DNA from: Klebsiella pneumoniae
GTDB lineage: Bacteria > Desulfobacterota > Binatia > UBA12015
NCBI GenBank assembly: GCA_945872365.1
Contig: CAMBZJ010000015.1
Location: 6,228-70,227, forward strand
Direction: 5' to 3'
Length of the DNA stretch: 64,000 nt
Under the pieces are notes generated by a model that saw only the letters and a list, made by a program, of their open reading frames with translations, had not been told where the DNA came from and made no database searches. Below are positions 10,514 through 19,833 of this stretch, piece by piece. Both the position numbers and the translations under genes were made by a program. Within the stretch, counting starts at the first letter, position 1, and each line of letters opens with the position of its first letter.

Positions 10514-10529
10514 CTACCCTCCTGATGAT

Positions 10530-11891
10530 TCAGTCGGCTAACGAGCCCAGGACGTAGGCACGCTCGCTGTGCTGGCTCAGGTCCAGCCCGGCGAACTCGT
10601 CCTCTTCCTCCACGCGGAGGCCCACCAGGGCGTCGGTGATCTTGAGCAGGACCCAGGCCCCGGCAAAGCAATAGACCAGTGTGGCGACGACTGCCGCGAT
10701 CTGCGTGAGCAGCAGGCCGGGAGCGCCGTGGAGCAGGCCGTCAGCACCCGCGGAATTGACCGCCTTCGAGGCGAAGATCCCGGTTGCGATGGCGCCCCAG
10801 ACCCCGCCGACGCAGTGGACGCCCACGACGTCGAGCGCGTCGTCGACATCGAAGATCTCCTTCAGGTGGAGCCCGTAGTAGCAGATGATCCCACCGAGCA
10901 GGCCGATGGCGATCGCGGCGAGCGGCGTGACGAATCCGGCGCCCGGGGTGATCGCGACGAGACCGGCGACCGCGCCCGAGGCGGCGCCCAGCACGGTGGG
11001 CTTGCCGCGCTTGATCCACTCGACGCCCATCCAGCCGACCGTCGCCGCGGCGGCCGCGACGTGGGTGGTGACGAAGGCGTTGGCGGCGAGGCCGTTGGCG
11101 GCAAGTGCGCTGCCGGCGTTGAAGCCGAACCAGCCGAACCACAGCAGCGCGGCCCCCACGACCGTGAAGGGCAGGTTGTGCGGCGGCATCGGTTCGTGCC
11201 CCTGTCCGAGGCGCTTGCCGATGACCATCGCGGCGGCCAGTGCCGAGACGCCGGAGCTGATGTGCACGACCGTGCCCCCGGCGAAGTCGAGCGCACCGAG
11301 TTCGCGCATCCAGCCGCCCACGCCCCAGACCCAGTGTGCCATCGGGTCGTAGACGAAGGTCGCCCAGAGCAGGGTGAACACGACGAAGGCGCTGAACTTC
11401 ATCCGTTCCGCGAAGGCGCCGGTGATGAGCGCCGGCGTGATGATCGCGAACATCCCCTGGTAGGCCATGAAGACCAGGTGCGGAATCGTCGCCGCGTAGT
11501 CGGCGTTGGGTTCCTGGCCGACCCCGGCCAGCCCGACGAAGTCGAGGCCCCCGATCCAGCCACCGTGGGTCTTGCCGAAGGAGAGCGAGTACCCGAAGAG
11601 CACCCACTGGAGGGTGAGGATGGCCATGCAGGTGAAACTCTGCATGATGACGCCGAGCACGTTCTGGCTGCGCACCAGGCCGCCGTAGAACAACGCGAGG
11701 CCGGGGGCCGTCATCATCAGGACCAGGGCCGTCGACACGAGCATCCAAGCGGTGTCGCCGGAGTCGATCTTCGCGGCCTCTTCGGCCGCTCCCGCCGCAC
11801 CGGCCCAGAGAATCCAGATCAGGAAGGCCCACGTCCCTAGGCAGATCCCTACCAGGGGCCGGGGCCGATGAAGTCGAATCGGTCCGATCAT
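10530..11891 (-). CDS. amtB: Ammonium transporter (Amt family)
   Basis: ATG 11891 (MIGPIRLH) has GGAGGG 8 nt upstream. Contains DSGDTAWMLVSTALVLMMTAPGLALFYGG and FAGGTVVHISSG. 453 aa. The upstream 220 aa of ORF 10530..12557 are rejected. Confidence 0.92.
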   Translation of the reverse strand: MIGPIRLHRPRPLVGICLGTWAFLIWILWAGAAGAAEEAAKIDSGDTAWMLVSTALVLMMTAPGLALFYGGLVRSQNVLGVIMQSFTCMAILTLQWVLFGYSLSFGKTHGGWIGGLDFVGLAGVGQEPNADYAATIPHLVFMAYQGMFAIITPALITGAFAERMKFSAFVVFTLLWATFVYDPMAHWVWGVGGWMRELGALDFAGGTVVHISSGVSALAAAMVIGKRLGQGHEPMPPHNLPFTVVGAALLWFGWFGFNAGSALAANGLAANAFVTTHVAAAAATVGWMGVEWIKRGKPTVLGAASGAVAGLVAITPGAGFVTPLAAIAIGLLGGIICYYGLHLKEIFDVDDALDVVGVHCVGGVWGAIATGIFASKAVNSAGADGLLHGAPGLLLTQIAAVVATLVYCFAGAWVLLKITDALVGLRVEEEDEFAGLDLSQHSERAYVLGSLAD

Positions 11892-11919
11892 GGCGCAATC
11901 CCTCCGCAGACCGAAACCC

Positions 11920-11935
11920 AGCAAGCGCGGTGCCG
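11920..11935 (-). promoter_or_regulatory. Sigma-54 (RpoN) -24/-12 promoter upstream of amtB
   Basis: The minus strand reads CGGCAC-CGCGC-TTGCT, against consensus TGGCAC-N5-TTGCW (10 of 11 positions, correct GG-N10-GC spacing). It ends about 29 nt before the amtB ATG. Confidence 0.65.
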
Positions 11936-12045
11936 AGTCTCGGAACGAGGAAAAGCATCGGATTTGCTCGCGGGCTGGGCATTCGGACTGCCCATGAATC
12001 AGGCAGTGCAGCGAATTTGGGCAGCACAGGCCCGGGAGTCGTGCC

Positions 12046-12630
12046 TCAGAGTCGGAAATGTCCCTCGCGGCGTTCACGGCGGCGCTGGGCACTGCGTCCC
12101 AGAAGGAAGCCGAGCAGGCCGGTGCAGGTCGCCACACTGAGCAGAATGATCGGCTCGTCGAGGCGCGGGACGGGCGTCTCGATGCGCGCCGCCATCCTTT
12201 CCTGCATCTCGAGCAGCCGTTCCATCCTCTGGTCGAGACCGTTTCCGAGGCCGGAGGCCCAGGGCGGTGGCGCCTCCCCGTGGGCGAGGGCGTCGATCTT
12301 CGAGGACAGGCCTGCCATGGCCTGCGGCGCTCCGCCCGAGCCGGGGGCGGGGGGCACCCCTGCGGCCTGACCGCCCTCGCCCCCGCCATCCGCCCCGGTC
12401 GCCGACTCCGCGGTTCCGGCCTCGGCCGCGGCCGCGGCGGATCGTGCGGCGGTGCGCACGCCGCGCCGTACGCGGGGCGCGGTGGCCTCGACGGACCCCG
12501 CGGCGGAGCGCACGCCGCGCGGCGCGCGGGGCGCGGTGGCCTCGACGGACCCCGCAAGCAGGGCGAGCGCGAGACCTGCGAGCGCGATCGCGCGGCGTGC
12601 GACGGGCCGACGGATCACGAGCGCCGGCAT
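12046..12630 (-). CDS. Hypothetical bitopic membrane/secreted protein with 18-aa tandem repeat
   Basis: MPALVIRRPVARRAIALAGLALALLAGS signal, then 2x AGSVEATAPRxxRGVRxA and a Gly/Ala-rich spacer. A helical segment (LDQRMERLLEMQERMAARIE) follows, with a C-terminal TM (IILLSVATCTGLLGFLLG). An alternative start is 12660. Confidence 0.5.
   Translation of the reverse strand: MPALVIRRPVARRAIALAGLALALLAGSVEATAPRAPRGVRSAAGSVEATAPRVRRGVRTAARSAAAAAEAGTAESATGADGGGEGGQAAGVPPAPGSGGAPQAMAGLSSKIDALAHGEAPPPWASGLGNGLDQRMERLLEMQERMAARIETPVPRLDEPIILLSVATCTGLLGFLLGRSAQRRRERREGHFRL
12454..12561 (-). repeat. Two tandem 54-nt units inside the hypothetical gene
   Basis: Units 12454-12507 and 12508-12561 share GCGCACGCCGCG...CGCGGTGGCCTCGACGGACCCCGC, about 45/54 identical by eye. 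Confidence 0.8.
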
Positions 12631-12656
12631 AGGACACTGCCCATCGCCCCGCAAAC

Positions 12657-13832
12657 TCATCGCGCTCGAGGCAGGTTCGCGAGGATTTCGGCGCGGTCGC
12701 CGTCGAGTTCGGGGGGCGGGCGATGCCGTGCGGGTGGCTCGCGCCCGGCGATCTTGATCGGGCTGCCGGCGACGCGCAGGCGGCCGAGTACCGGGTCTTC
12801 GATCTCGAGGAGCATGTCGCGCGCGGCGACCTGGGGATGGGCGGCGACTTGGGCGACATCGTTCACCGGCGAGCACGGGACACCGGCGTCCTCCAGGACC
12901 TCGAGCCAGCGCGCCACCCCTTGCGTGCGCAGGGTCGTCTCCAGGTCGGCTCGCAGCAGGTCGGCATTCGCGAGCCGCCTGTCCGGGGCGTCGAAGCGCG
13001 GGTCCGCCGGCAGGTCTTCGCGCCCGATCGCGGTGCAGAGCCTGGCGAAGAGCCGGTCGTTGCCGGCCGCGATGACCAGCGGCCCGTCGGCCGCGTCGAA
13101 CACGCCGAAGGGCGCGATCCGGGGATGCCGGTCGCCGAGCGGTCCGGCGATCTCGCCGGTGGCGCCGTAGACGGTGAGGGCGCCTTCGAGGATGGCGACC
13201 TGGCAGTCGAGCATGGCGACGTCGATCATGCTGCCGCAGCCGGTGCGCTCGCGTTCGAGCAGCGCCGCGGCGAGCCCGGTCGCGAGGTAGAGGCCCGCCG
13301 TCAGGTCGCCGATGGAAACGCCGACCCGGGTGGGTGGCCCGCCGGGATGGCCGGTCACGCTCATGACGCCACCCATGCCCTGCACGACCATGTCGTAGGC
13401 GGGCCGGTGCGACAGCGGGCCGGTCTGGCCGAATCCGGAGAGCGCCCCATAGACGAGCCGCGGGAAACGGGCGCGCAGCGTCTCCCAGCCGAGTCCCAGG
13501 CGATCCATCGTCCCGGGCCGGAAGTTCTCGACGAGCACGTCGGCGTCGGCGAGGAGCTCGTGGAAGACGCCGCGATCGGCCTCCGACTTGAGGTCGAGCG
13601 CGATGCTCTGCTTGTCCCAGTTCACCGACGAGAAGTAGAGCGATTTCCCGTTCAGGTGGGGGCCGATCGCGCGGCCGTCGTCGCCGCCGCCCGGCGACTC
13701 GACCTTGATCACGCGCGCGCCGAGCTGCGCGAGGATGAGCGTGCAGAACGGCCCCGCCAGGACGCGCGAGAGATCGACGACGCGGATGCCGTCGAGGGGT
13801 CGGTCGCCCGGACCGGGGGGCCGTGGAGTCAT
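12657..13832 (-). CDS. Family III CoA-transferase (CaiB/BaiF family)
   Basis: ATG 13832. GIRVVDLSRVLAGPFCTLILAQLGARVIKVE and ENFRPGTMDRLGLGWE. 391 aa. Confidence 0.88.
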   Translation of the reverse strand: MTPRPPGPGDRPLDGIRVVDLSRVLAGPFCTLILAQLGARVIKVESPGGGDDGRAIGPHLNGKSLYFSSVNWDKQSIALDLKSEADRGVFHELLADADVLVENFRPGTMDRLGLGWETLRARFPRLVYGALSGFGQTGPLSHRPAYDMVVQGMGGVMSVTGHPGGPPTRVGVSIGDLTAGLYLATGLAAALLERERTGCGSMIDVAMLDCQVAILEGALTVYGATGEIAGPLGDRHPRIAPFGVFDAADGPLVIAAGNDRLFARLCTAIGREDLPADPRFDAPDRRLANADLLRADLETTLRTQGVARWLEVLEDAGVPCSPVNDVAQVAAHPQVAARDMLLEIEDPVLGRLRVAGSPIKIAGREPPARHRPPPELDGDRAEILANLPRAR

Positions 13833-13899
13833 CGTCGCTCCCTGCCGTGCCCGCCCGATCCCACTGGCGGATCGGGCCGGCGGAAGGCTCCGGCGAAAG

Positions 13900-13973
13900 T
13901 CGGGGTGACAGGATTTGAACCTGCGGCCCCTGCGTCCCGAACGCAGTGCTCTACCAGTCTGAGCTACACCCCG
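13900..13973 (-). tRNA. tRNA-Pro (anticodon CGG)
   Basis: The minus strand reads CGGGGTGTAGCTCAGACTGGTAGAGCACTGCGTTCGGGACGCAGGGGCCGCAGGTTCAAATCCTGTCACCCCGA. It folds as a cloverleaf by hand, with anticodon loop TTCGGGA. CCA is not encoded. Confidence 0.9.
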
Positions 13974-14086
13974 ATGAAGATCGACAGGGGCCTCGCGACC
14001 GCCGTAGCGACCCTCGGTCCCGGATCCGCCGCACCTAGCACAGGGGGGATCGGCCGCAACCGCCGGGGTGCCGCCCGCCGCCCCGA

Positions 14087-15463
14087 TCAGCGGCCCGGGC
14101 CGTCGTCGCGGCGCAGGCGGACGGCGAAAAACCCGTCGAGTCCGTCGACGTCGGGCGAGGTGCGCAGTGCGCCGTCGTGACCGACCAGGTCGCGGGCCTC
14201 CGGCGGCAGGAAGGTGCCGGCGTGCTCGCGCTGCCAATGCGGCTGCTGCGCGAGAAGCGATTCGACGACGTCCTCGTTTTCCTCCCGCAGCAGCGTGCAG
14301 GTCGCATAGACGAGGCGGCCCCCGGGGCGCACGAGCTTTGCCGCCGCGCCGATCATGGCGCGCTGCACGGCGGCGAGGCGGGAGACGTCCGCGGCGGTGC
14401 GACGCCAGCGGATCTCGGGGTGGGAGCGCAGCGTCCCGAGACCCGAACACGGCGCGTCGAGGAGGACGCCGTCGAACGAGGCTTCGGCGAACGGTGGCGC
14501 GAGAACGTCGGCGACCAGGGGCGCGATATGTCTCGCCCCGTCGGGCAGGGCATCGTCGCCGCGCGCCAGCCGGGCGACGCGGCGCAGGCCGGTGCGCGAG
14601 CGATCGGCGGCGACGACGAAACCGCCGCGAGCGACCCCGCCGAGTTCCATCGCCTCCGCGAGCGCGCCGCTCTTGCCGCCGGGCGCGGCGCACAGGTCGG
14701 CGATGCGCTCGCCGGCCCGCGCGCCGACCAGGTCGGCGACCAGTTGCGACGCCTCACCTTGCGGGGCGGTCGCGGCGAGGGCGAGAGCCCCGCGCGGAGC
14801 GCCGACGATCGCGACGCCGGCGCGCGCGCGCGTTGTCGCTACGGCGGCGACCCCCGCCGTGGCGAGTTCGTCCACGACCGAACCCCGCGTGCGTCTGCGC
14901 AGGTCGACGCGCAGCACGGTCGGCGCCTGTCCGTCGTCGGCCTCGAGCAGCCGCTCGGTGCCCTCGCGGCCCCGCTCCGCGAGCCAGCGCTCGACCAGCC
15001 ACGGCGGGTGCGACCAGCGGATCGCGAGAGCGCGCGCGACGCCTTCGGCCTCCGGCGGCGGCGGCCGCTCGCCCTCGCGGATCGCCGCGCGCAGCACGGC
15101 GTTCACAAAGGATGCGGCACCCGCGCCCGCAGCGGTCTTGGCGAGTTCGACGCTCGCGTTCACCGCGGCGTGGGCCGGTACGCGGTCGAGCCGAAGCAAC
15201 TGGAAGAGCCCGAGCCGAAGCGCCGTTCGGACCGCGGGGTCGAGCCGGTCGAGCGGCCGGCGCGCCAGGCCCGCGAGCGTCCAGTCGAGCCGGGCCTGCC
15301 AGGCCGTCGTCCCGTAGGCGAGGCGCACGAACAGCGCCGCCTCGCGCGGATCCATGTCGCCGCGCGCAAGCGTTTCGCCGACGAGCACGTCGCAGAAGGC
15401 CCCGCGCTCGACGCGCTCGAGGACCGCGGCCGCGCGGCTGCGCGCATCGGTTGCGGGCATCAC
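14087..15463 (-). CDS. rsmB: 16S rRNA (cytosine967-C5)-methyltransferase
   Basis: N-terminal NusB-like domain. SAM site DLCAAPGGK, catalytic DAPCSGLGTLR. It follows fmt, as in the canonical def-fmt-rsmB order. Confidence 0.88.
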   Translation of the reverse strand: MMPATDARSRAAAVLERVERGAFCDVLVGETLARGDMDPREAALFVRLAYGTTAWQARLDWTLAGLARRPLDRLDPAVRTALRLGLFQLLRLDRVPAHAAVNASVELAKTAAGAGAASFVNAVLRAAIREGERPPPPEAEGVARALAIRWSHPPWLVERWLAERGREGTERLLEADDGQAPTVLRVDLRRRTRGSVVDELATAGVAAVATTRARAGVAIVGAPRGALALAATAPQGEASQLVADLVGARAGERIADLCAAPGGKSGALAEAMELGGVARGGFVVAADRSRTGLRRVARLARGDDALPDGARHIAPLVADVLAPPFAEASFDGVLLDAPCSGLGTLRSHPEIRWRRTAADVSRLAAVQRAMIGAAAKLVRPGGRLVYATCTLLREENEDVVESLLAQQPHWQREHAGTFLPPEARDLVGHDGALRTSPDVDGLDGFFAVRLRRDDGPGR

Positions 15464-15470
15464 TTCGAGC

Positions 15471-16463
15471 TCAATCGCCGAGGCGCTCGCCGACGGCGAG
15501 GCGCGCGCCGCGGGCGAACTCCGAAGCGGGCATGCGCCGCTTGCCAGCCGCCTGGACTTCGAGCAGGCGCAGGAGCCCCGCGCCGGTTGCGACCGCGGGA
15601 CCGTGCGCGTCGAGCGCGACCACGGTGCCCGGAGGCGGGTCGGCGACCGCAGCCGCGCCGGCCACGTCCCGGTCGGCGACCTCCGCCCGCCACACCTTGA
15701 GCGCGTCGCCGCCGCGCGCGGTGAAGGCGCCCGGCCACGGGGCGAAGGCCCGCGTCGCGCGCTCGATCTCGGGTGCGGGGCGACGCCAGTCGATGCGACC
15801 GTCGCCCTTGCGGATCATGCCGGCATGGGTCACGGCCGCGGGATCCTGCGCGGTCGCGCTCAGGCGGCCCGCGCGCCAGGCCGCGAGGGCGTCGGCGAGT
15901 GCAGCTGCGCCAAGCCCGGCAAGCCGATCCTCGAGTGATTCTCCGGTGTCTTCGGGGCCGATTGGCGTCGCCGCCTGCCAGAGCGAGTCGCCCGCGTCCA
16001 TTTCGAGAACCATCCGCATGATCGTGACGCCGCTTTCGCGGTCGCCTTCGAGGATCGCGCGGGTGATCGGATCGGCGCCTCGCCAGCGCGGCAGCAGCGA
16101 GGCGTGCACGTTGACGCAGCCGAAGCGCGGCACGTCGAGCGCCTGCTGGGGCAGGATGCGTCCGTAGGCTGCGACCACCGCGAGATCGGGTGTCAGGGCG
16201 CGCAGCGCGGCCACCGCTGTGCCGTCCTTCCAGCGCGTCGGCTGCTCGACCGGGATGCCGTGGTCCAGTGCCAGGCGCTTGACCGGTGGTGCGACCATCT
16301 CCAGGCCGCGCCCGCGCGCCGCGTCGGGGCGGGCGAACACGCCGACGACCCGATCGGGGCCTTCGAGCAGGCCGCGCAGGATGGTCGCCGCGAACCCGGG
16401 CGTCCCCAGGAAGACGATGCGCAGCGGCGGCGGCGGCAGCGGTGCCAGCGATGTCGGGGTCAA
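15471..16463 (-). CDS. fmt: Methionyl-tRNA formyltransferase
   Basis: RIVFLGTPGFA and HASLLPRWRGADPI motifs. The start is tentatively TTG 16463, overlapping the def stop (TTGA). An internal CTG at LRIVF is also possible. Confidence 0.85.
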   Translation of the reverse strand: MTPTSLAPLPPPPLRIVFLGTPGFAATILRGLLEGPDRVVGVFARPDAARGRGLEMVAPPVKRLALDHGIPVEQPTRWKDGTAVAALRALTPDLAVVAAYGRILPQQALDVPRFGCVNVHASLLPRWRGADPITRAILEGDRESGVTIMRMVLEMDAGDSLWQAATPIGPEDTGESLEDRLAGLGAAALADALAAWRAGRLSATAQDPAAVTHAGMIRKGDGRIDWRRPAPEIERATRAFAPWPGAFTARGGDALKVWRAEVADRDVAGAAAVADPPPGTVVALDAHGPAVATGAGLLRLLEVQAAGKRRMPASEFARGARLAVGERLGD

Positions 16464-17014
16464 TACCCGGCCGCGCGGCCCGTCGCGCCGGGGCGGCCGT
16501 CGCGCAGGGACTTCTTCAGGCGGCGCGAGTACATGTCGCGCTTGAGGCGGCTCAGGCGGTCGATGAACAGCGTTCCCTCGAGGTGGTCGATCTCGTGCTG
16601 GAGGACCACGGCGAGCAGTCCGTCGGCCTCGATCGAGACCTCCTTCTGCTCGGTGTCCCATCCCTTCACGAGGACCCGGGCGGCGCGCTTCACCTCGGAT
16701 CGGAAATCGACGACCGAGAGACAGCCCTCCTCGAAGATCGACTCGCCCTCGGCCTCGGTGATCTCGGGGTTGACGAGCTTCACCAGGTGTTTGCCCCGCT
16801 CGACGCCGTCCTCCTCCTCGTCGCCGATGTCGAGGACGACGATGCGCTCGGAGAGGCCGATCTGCGGGGCGGCGAGGCCGCATCCCGGTGCCGCGTACAT
16901 GGTCTGCACCATGTCTTCGATCCACGCGACCGTCTTGCCGTCGATGTTCGCGACCGCCTTCGCCGGGTTGCGCAACGACTCGTCGGGATGGGTGAGGATG
17001 CGTCGGATAGCCAT
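16460..17014 (-). CDS. def: Peptide deformylase
   Basis: ATG 17014 (MAIRRILTHPD). Motifs GLAAPQIG, EGCLSV and QHEIDHLEG. 184 aa. Confidence 0.93.
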   Translation of the reverse strand: MAIRRILTHPDESLRNPAKAVANIDGKTVAWIEDMVQTMYAAPGCGLAAPQIGLSERIVVLDIGDEEEDGVERGKHLVKLVNPEITEAEGESIFEEGCLSVVDFRSEVKRAARVLVKGWDTEQKEVSIEADGLLAVVLQHEIDHLEGTLFIDRLSRLKRDMYSRRLKKSLRDGRPGATGRAAGY

Positions 17015-17063
17015 GGGTTCGCCTGCGGCGCGACGCGGTTCGCGACGCCACCGCGATCCAGTT

Positions 17064-19670
17064 TCATAACATGCTGGTCGGATCGACATCAACGAGCACT
17101 CGCACCTCGCTGCCCCCGTCCCGGGCCGCCGCGGACTCGAACACCGGCCGCGCGGCGGCGAGCAACCGGGCGATGCTCCGACTGTCGCGTCCCTTGACGA
17201 GGAGCTGGTGGCGGTGGCGGCCGCGCAGCCGCTCGATCGGCGCCGGCGCCGGGCCGAGCACGCGGAGTTCGTCGGGATCTGCGACGCATCCCGACACCAC
17301 CCGTCGCAGCTGCTCGCCGAGCCGGGCCATGCGGGCCTCGACGACCGCCTCTTCGCCCTCGAGGACCACCCGCAGGAGGCGCCCGAAGGGCGGGTAGCCG
17401 AGCTCCCTTCGCGCGCGCAATTCGCCTGCGGCGAAGGCGGCGAAGTCGTGCCGGCGAGCGGCGACGAGACTCGGATGCTCGGGCTGGCGCGTCTGCACGA
17501 TGACCCGCCCCGGCTTGTCGCCGCGCCCGGCCCGTCCGGCGACCTGGGCGATCAGCTGGAAGGTGCGCTCCGCGGCGCGGAAGTCGGGAAAGTTGAGCGA
17601 AGCGTCGGCGAGGATGACCCCGATCAGGGTGACCCCGGGGGCGTCGTGTCCCTTGGCGACCATCTGCGTTCCGACCAGGACGTCGAGGGCACCGTCGCGC
17701 CACGCCGCGAGCGTGCGCCGCACGAAGCCCGCGTCGACGGCGGTATCGCGGTCGAGCCGGGCGATGCGGGCGGCGGGCAGAAGGGTGTGCGCTGCGGCCT
17801 CGACCTGCTCGGTGCCGAAGCTGCGCGCGGCGAGTTGCGCGCCGCACTTGCGGCAGGTCGCGGCCGGTGGGCGCGCATGGCCGCAGTGGTGGCAGACCGC
17901 GGCCCGGTGCGAGCGGTGCACCGTCAGGCTCACGCTGCAGTCCGGGCAGGCCTCGACCTCGCCGCAGGCTTCACACTGCACGAATCGGTCGAACCCGCGG
18001 CGATTCAGGAAGAGCACCGACTGCTCGCCCGCGCGGTAGGTCTCGACGAGGGCGCGCTCGAGGCTGGCCGAGAGCACGAGGGGCGCGCGGCGCGGCGGGT
18101 TGGCGGCGGTGCCGCGGGGCGTGGTCGGCGCACCCGCGGCACCGTCGGCGGGGCGAAATGGCTCGACGCGCAGGTCCACCAGTTCGACGGTCGGCAGGGC
18201 GGCGAGGTTCGCACGCTGCGCGAGTTCGAGCAGCCGGTAGCGGCCGTCCCGCGCGGCCTGCCAACTCTCGAGCGAAGGCGTCGCCGAGGCGAGCACGATG
18301 GGACAGCCCTCGAGCTTCGCGCGCATCACCGCGACGTCGCGGGCCTGATAGCGCGGCGACTCCTCCTGCTTGTAGGCGGCGTCGTGCTCCTCGTCGACGA
18401 CCACCAGGCCGAGCCGCGCGAGGGGTGCGAAGACCGCCGAGCGTGCGCCGATCGCGACGCGTCGCCGGCCGCTCGCGAGGTCGCGCCAGGCGGCCGCCCG
18501 CTCGCCGTCGGAGAGGCCGCTGTGCAGTACGGCGACCGCGTCGCCGAAGCGCCGCGTGGCCTGCACGACGAGTTGGTGGGTGAGCCCGATCTCGGGGACG
18601 AGGAGCAGTGCGGCGCCGCCGCGTGCGAGCGTGCGTTCGGCTGCCCGCAGGTAGACCTCGGTCTTGCCGCTGCCGGTGACGCCGAAGAGCAGCAGCGGCG
18701 CGAATCCGCCGTGCGCCGAGTCGATCGCTTCGAGGGCCGCCGCTTGCCCGGGGTGAAGCGCGACACGCGACCCGTCGCCGGCCGGAGCCACCTCGGACTC
18801 GGCCGACCCGGGGGCTCCGATCGGGGTGTCGTGGTGGACCGCCTCCCCGGGCGAAGACTCGACGCGCCGCAGCAGCCCGCGTCGGGCGAGCGATTCGGCG
18901 ACGCGGCGTCCGCCGGGGATGCGTGCCTCGAGCTCCGCCGCGCTCACCGGGTGAGGGCTCCGTGCGACGACGTAGTCGAAAACCCGGCGCTGCGCGGGTG
19001 CACGCGCGGCCGGTTCGCCGCCGCCCTCAGCCGGGGCGAAGGCCGCTGCGACCGCGCGCCGTTCGACGTCGATGTCACCGACCGTCACCAACCCGCGTGC
19101 CGCGAGTCGGCGGACGGCCGCCGCCGCGCCGCCGCCGAACTCCTGGCGCAGGGCGTCGGCGTCGATCCCCGTGGGGGGCAGGCGTTCGAGGATGCGCGCT
19201 TCGAGCGTATGCGCGGCGGGGGGCGGCGGGTTCTCCGCCTCTTCCCGCCCGGCCTCCGGGGCGGGCCGGGGGCACACCTGCCGTCGCCGCCCGCCGCGTA
19301 CCGAGGGTGGCAGCACGGCGCGCAGCAGGCTGGGGAAGGACGCGCCGTAATAGCGCGCCGCCCAGGCGGCGAGCTCGAGCAGGGGAGGGGGCACGGCGAG
19401 TCCGGGTACGATGCTCTCGATCGCGCGCAGTCCTCGGGGCGGCTCCGCGGTGGACTCCCCCAGCACGATGCCCGTGACGCGACGCGTTCCGAGCGGCACC
19501 ACCGCGAGCGCCCCGGGGACGGCGTCTGCGCCGAAGGCCTCGGGCACCGCGTAGGTGAGGCGCGCCGGGGCTCGACCGGCTTCGACCAGCGCCACGTCGA
19601 CGCGGCGCTGTGCTGCGGTCGGATCCGCCACCGGACGGGGTTCGCTGGAGGGCGCATGCATGGCTTGCAA
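17064..19670 (-). CDS. priA: Primosomal protein N' (replication restart helicase)
   Basis: Walker A GVTGSGKTEVY, VVDEEHD, and Cys-rich zinc region CEACGEVEACPDCSVSLTVH...CHHCGH...CRKCG. The start is 19670 or 19661. Confidence 0.9.
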   Translation of the reverse strand: MQAMHAPSSEPRPVADPTAAQRRVDVALVEAGRAPARLTYAVPEAFGADAVPGALAVVPLGTRRVTGIVLGESTAEPPRGLRAIESIVPGLAVPPPLLELAAWAARYYGASFPSLLRAVLPPSVRGGRRRQVCPRPAPEAGREEAENPPPPAAHTLEARILERLPPTGIDADALRQEFGGGAAAAVRRLAARGLVTVGDIDVERRAVAAAFAPAEGGGEPAARAPAQRRVFDYVVARSPHPVSAAELEARIPGGRRVAESLARRGLLRRVESSPGEAVHHDTPIGAPGSAESEVAPAGDGSRVALHPGQAAALEAIDSAHGGFAPLLLFGVTGSGKTEVYLRAAERTLARGGAALLLVPEIGLTHQLVVQATRRFGDAVAVLHSGLSDGERAAAWRDLASGRRRVAIGARSAVFAPLARLGLVVVDEEHDAAYKQEESPRYQARDVAVMRAKLEGCPIVLASATPSLESWQAARDGRYRLLELAQRANLAALPTVELVDLRVEPFRPADGAAGAPTTPRGTAANPPRRAPLVLSASLERALVETYRAGEQSVLFLNRRGFDRFVQCEACGEVEACPDCSVSLTVHRSHRAAVCHHCGHARPPAATCRKCGAQLAARSFGTEQVEAAAHTLLPAARIARLDRDTAVDAGFVRRTLAAWRDGALDVLVGTQMVAKGHDAPGVTLIGVILADASLNFPDFRAAERTFQLIAQVAGRAGRGDKPGRVIVQTRQPEHPSLVAARRHDFAAFAAGELRARRELGYPPFGRLLRVVLEGEEAVVEARMARLGEQLRRVVSGCVADPDELRVLGPAPAPIERLRGRHRHQLLVKGRDSRSIARLLAAARPVFESAAARDGGSEVRVLVDVDPTSML

Positions 19671-19707
19671 AGACTAGCGTTTGCGCGCGCGCGACGTCGA
19701 GTCGGGG

Positions 19708-19723
19708 TGGATTCAGGTTTGCA
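19708..19723 (+). promoter_or_regulatory. Possible sigma-54-type promoter upstream of pilM
   Basis: TGGATTCAGGTTTGCA has TGG and TTGCA at exact consensus spacing (8 of 11 positions). It lies about 110 nt upstream of the pilM ATG. Confidence 0.3.
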
Positions 19724-19833
19724 GGGGAGAGCGCGACCGTGCTAGCGCTTCGCCGGGTGGTGGAGCGGTCGCGGATGCGCGGATGGGCGTCCGGAGGGGT
19801 GCGGACGACCGTGCTCGTGGAGGGGTTTTCAGG

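Noticed and set aside
14068-16167. 699-aa plus-strand ORF
   Set aside because: It is antisense to rsmB and fmt, with extreme Arg/Pro/Ala content.
17208-19745. 845-aa plus-strand ORF
   Set aside because: It is antisense to priA and has no motifs.
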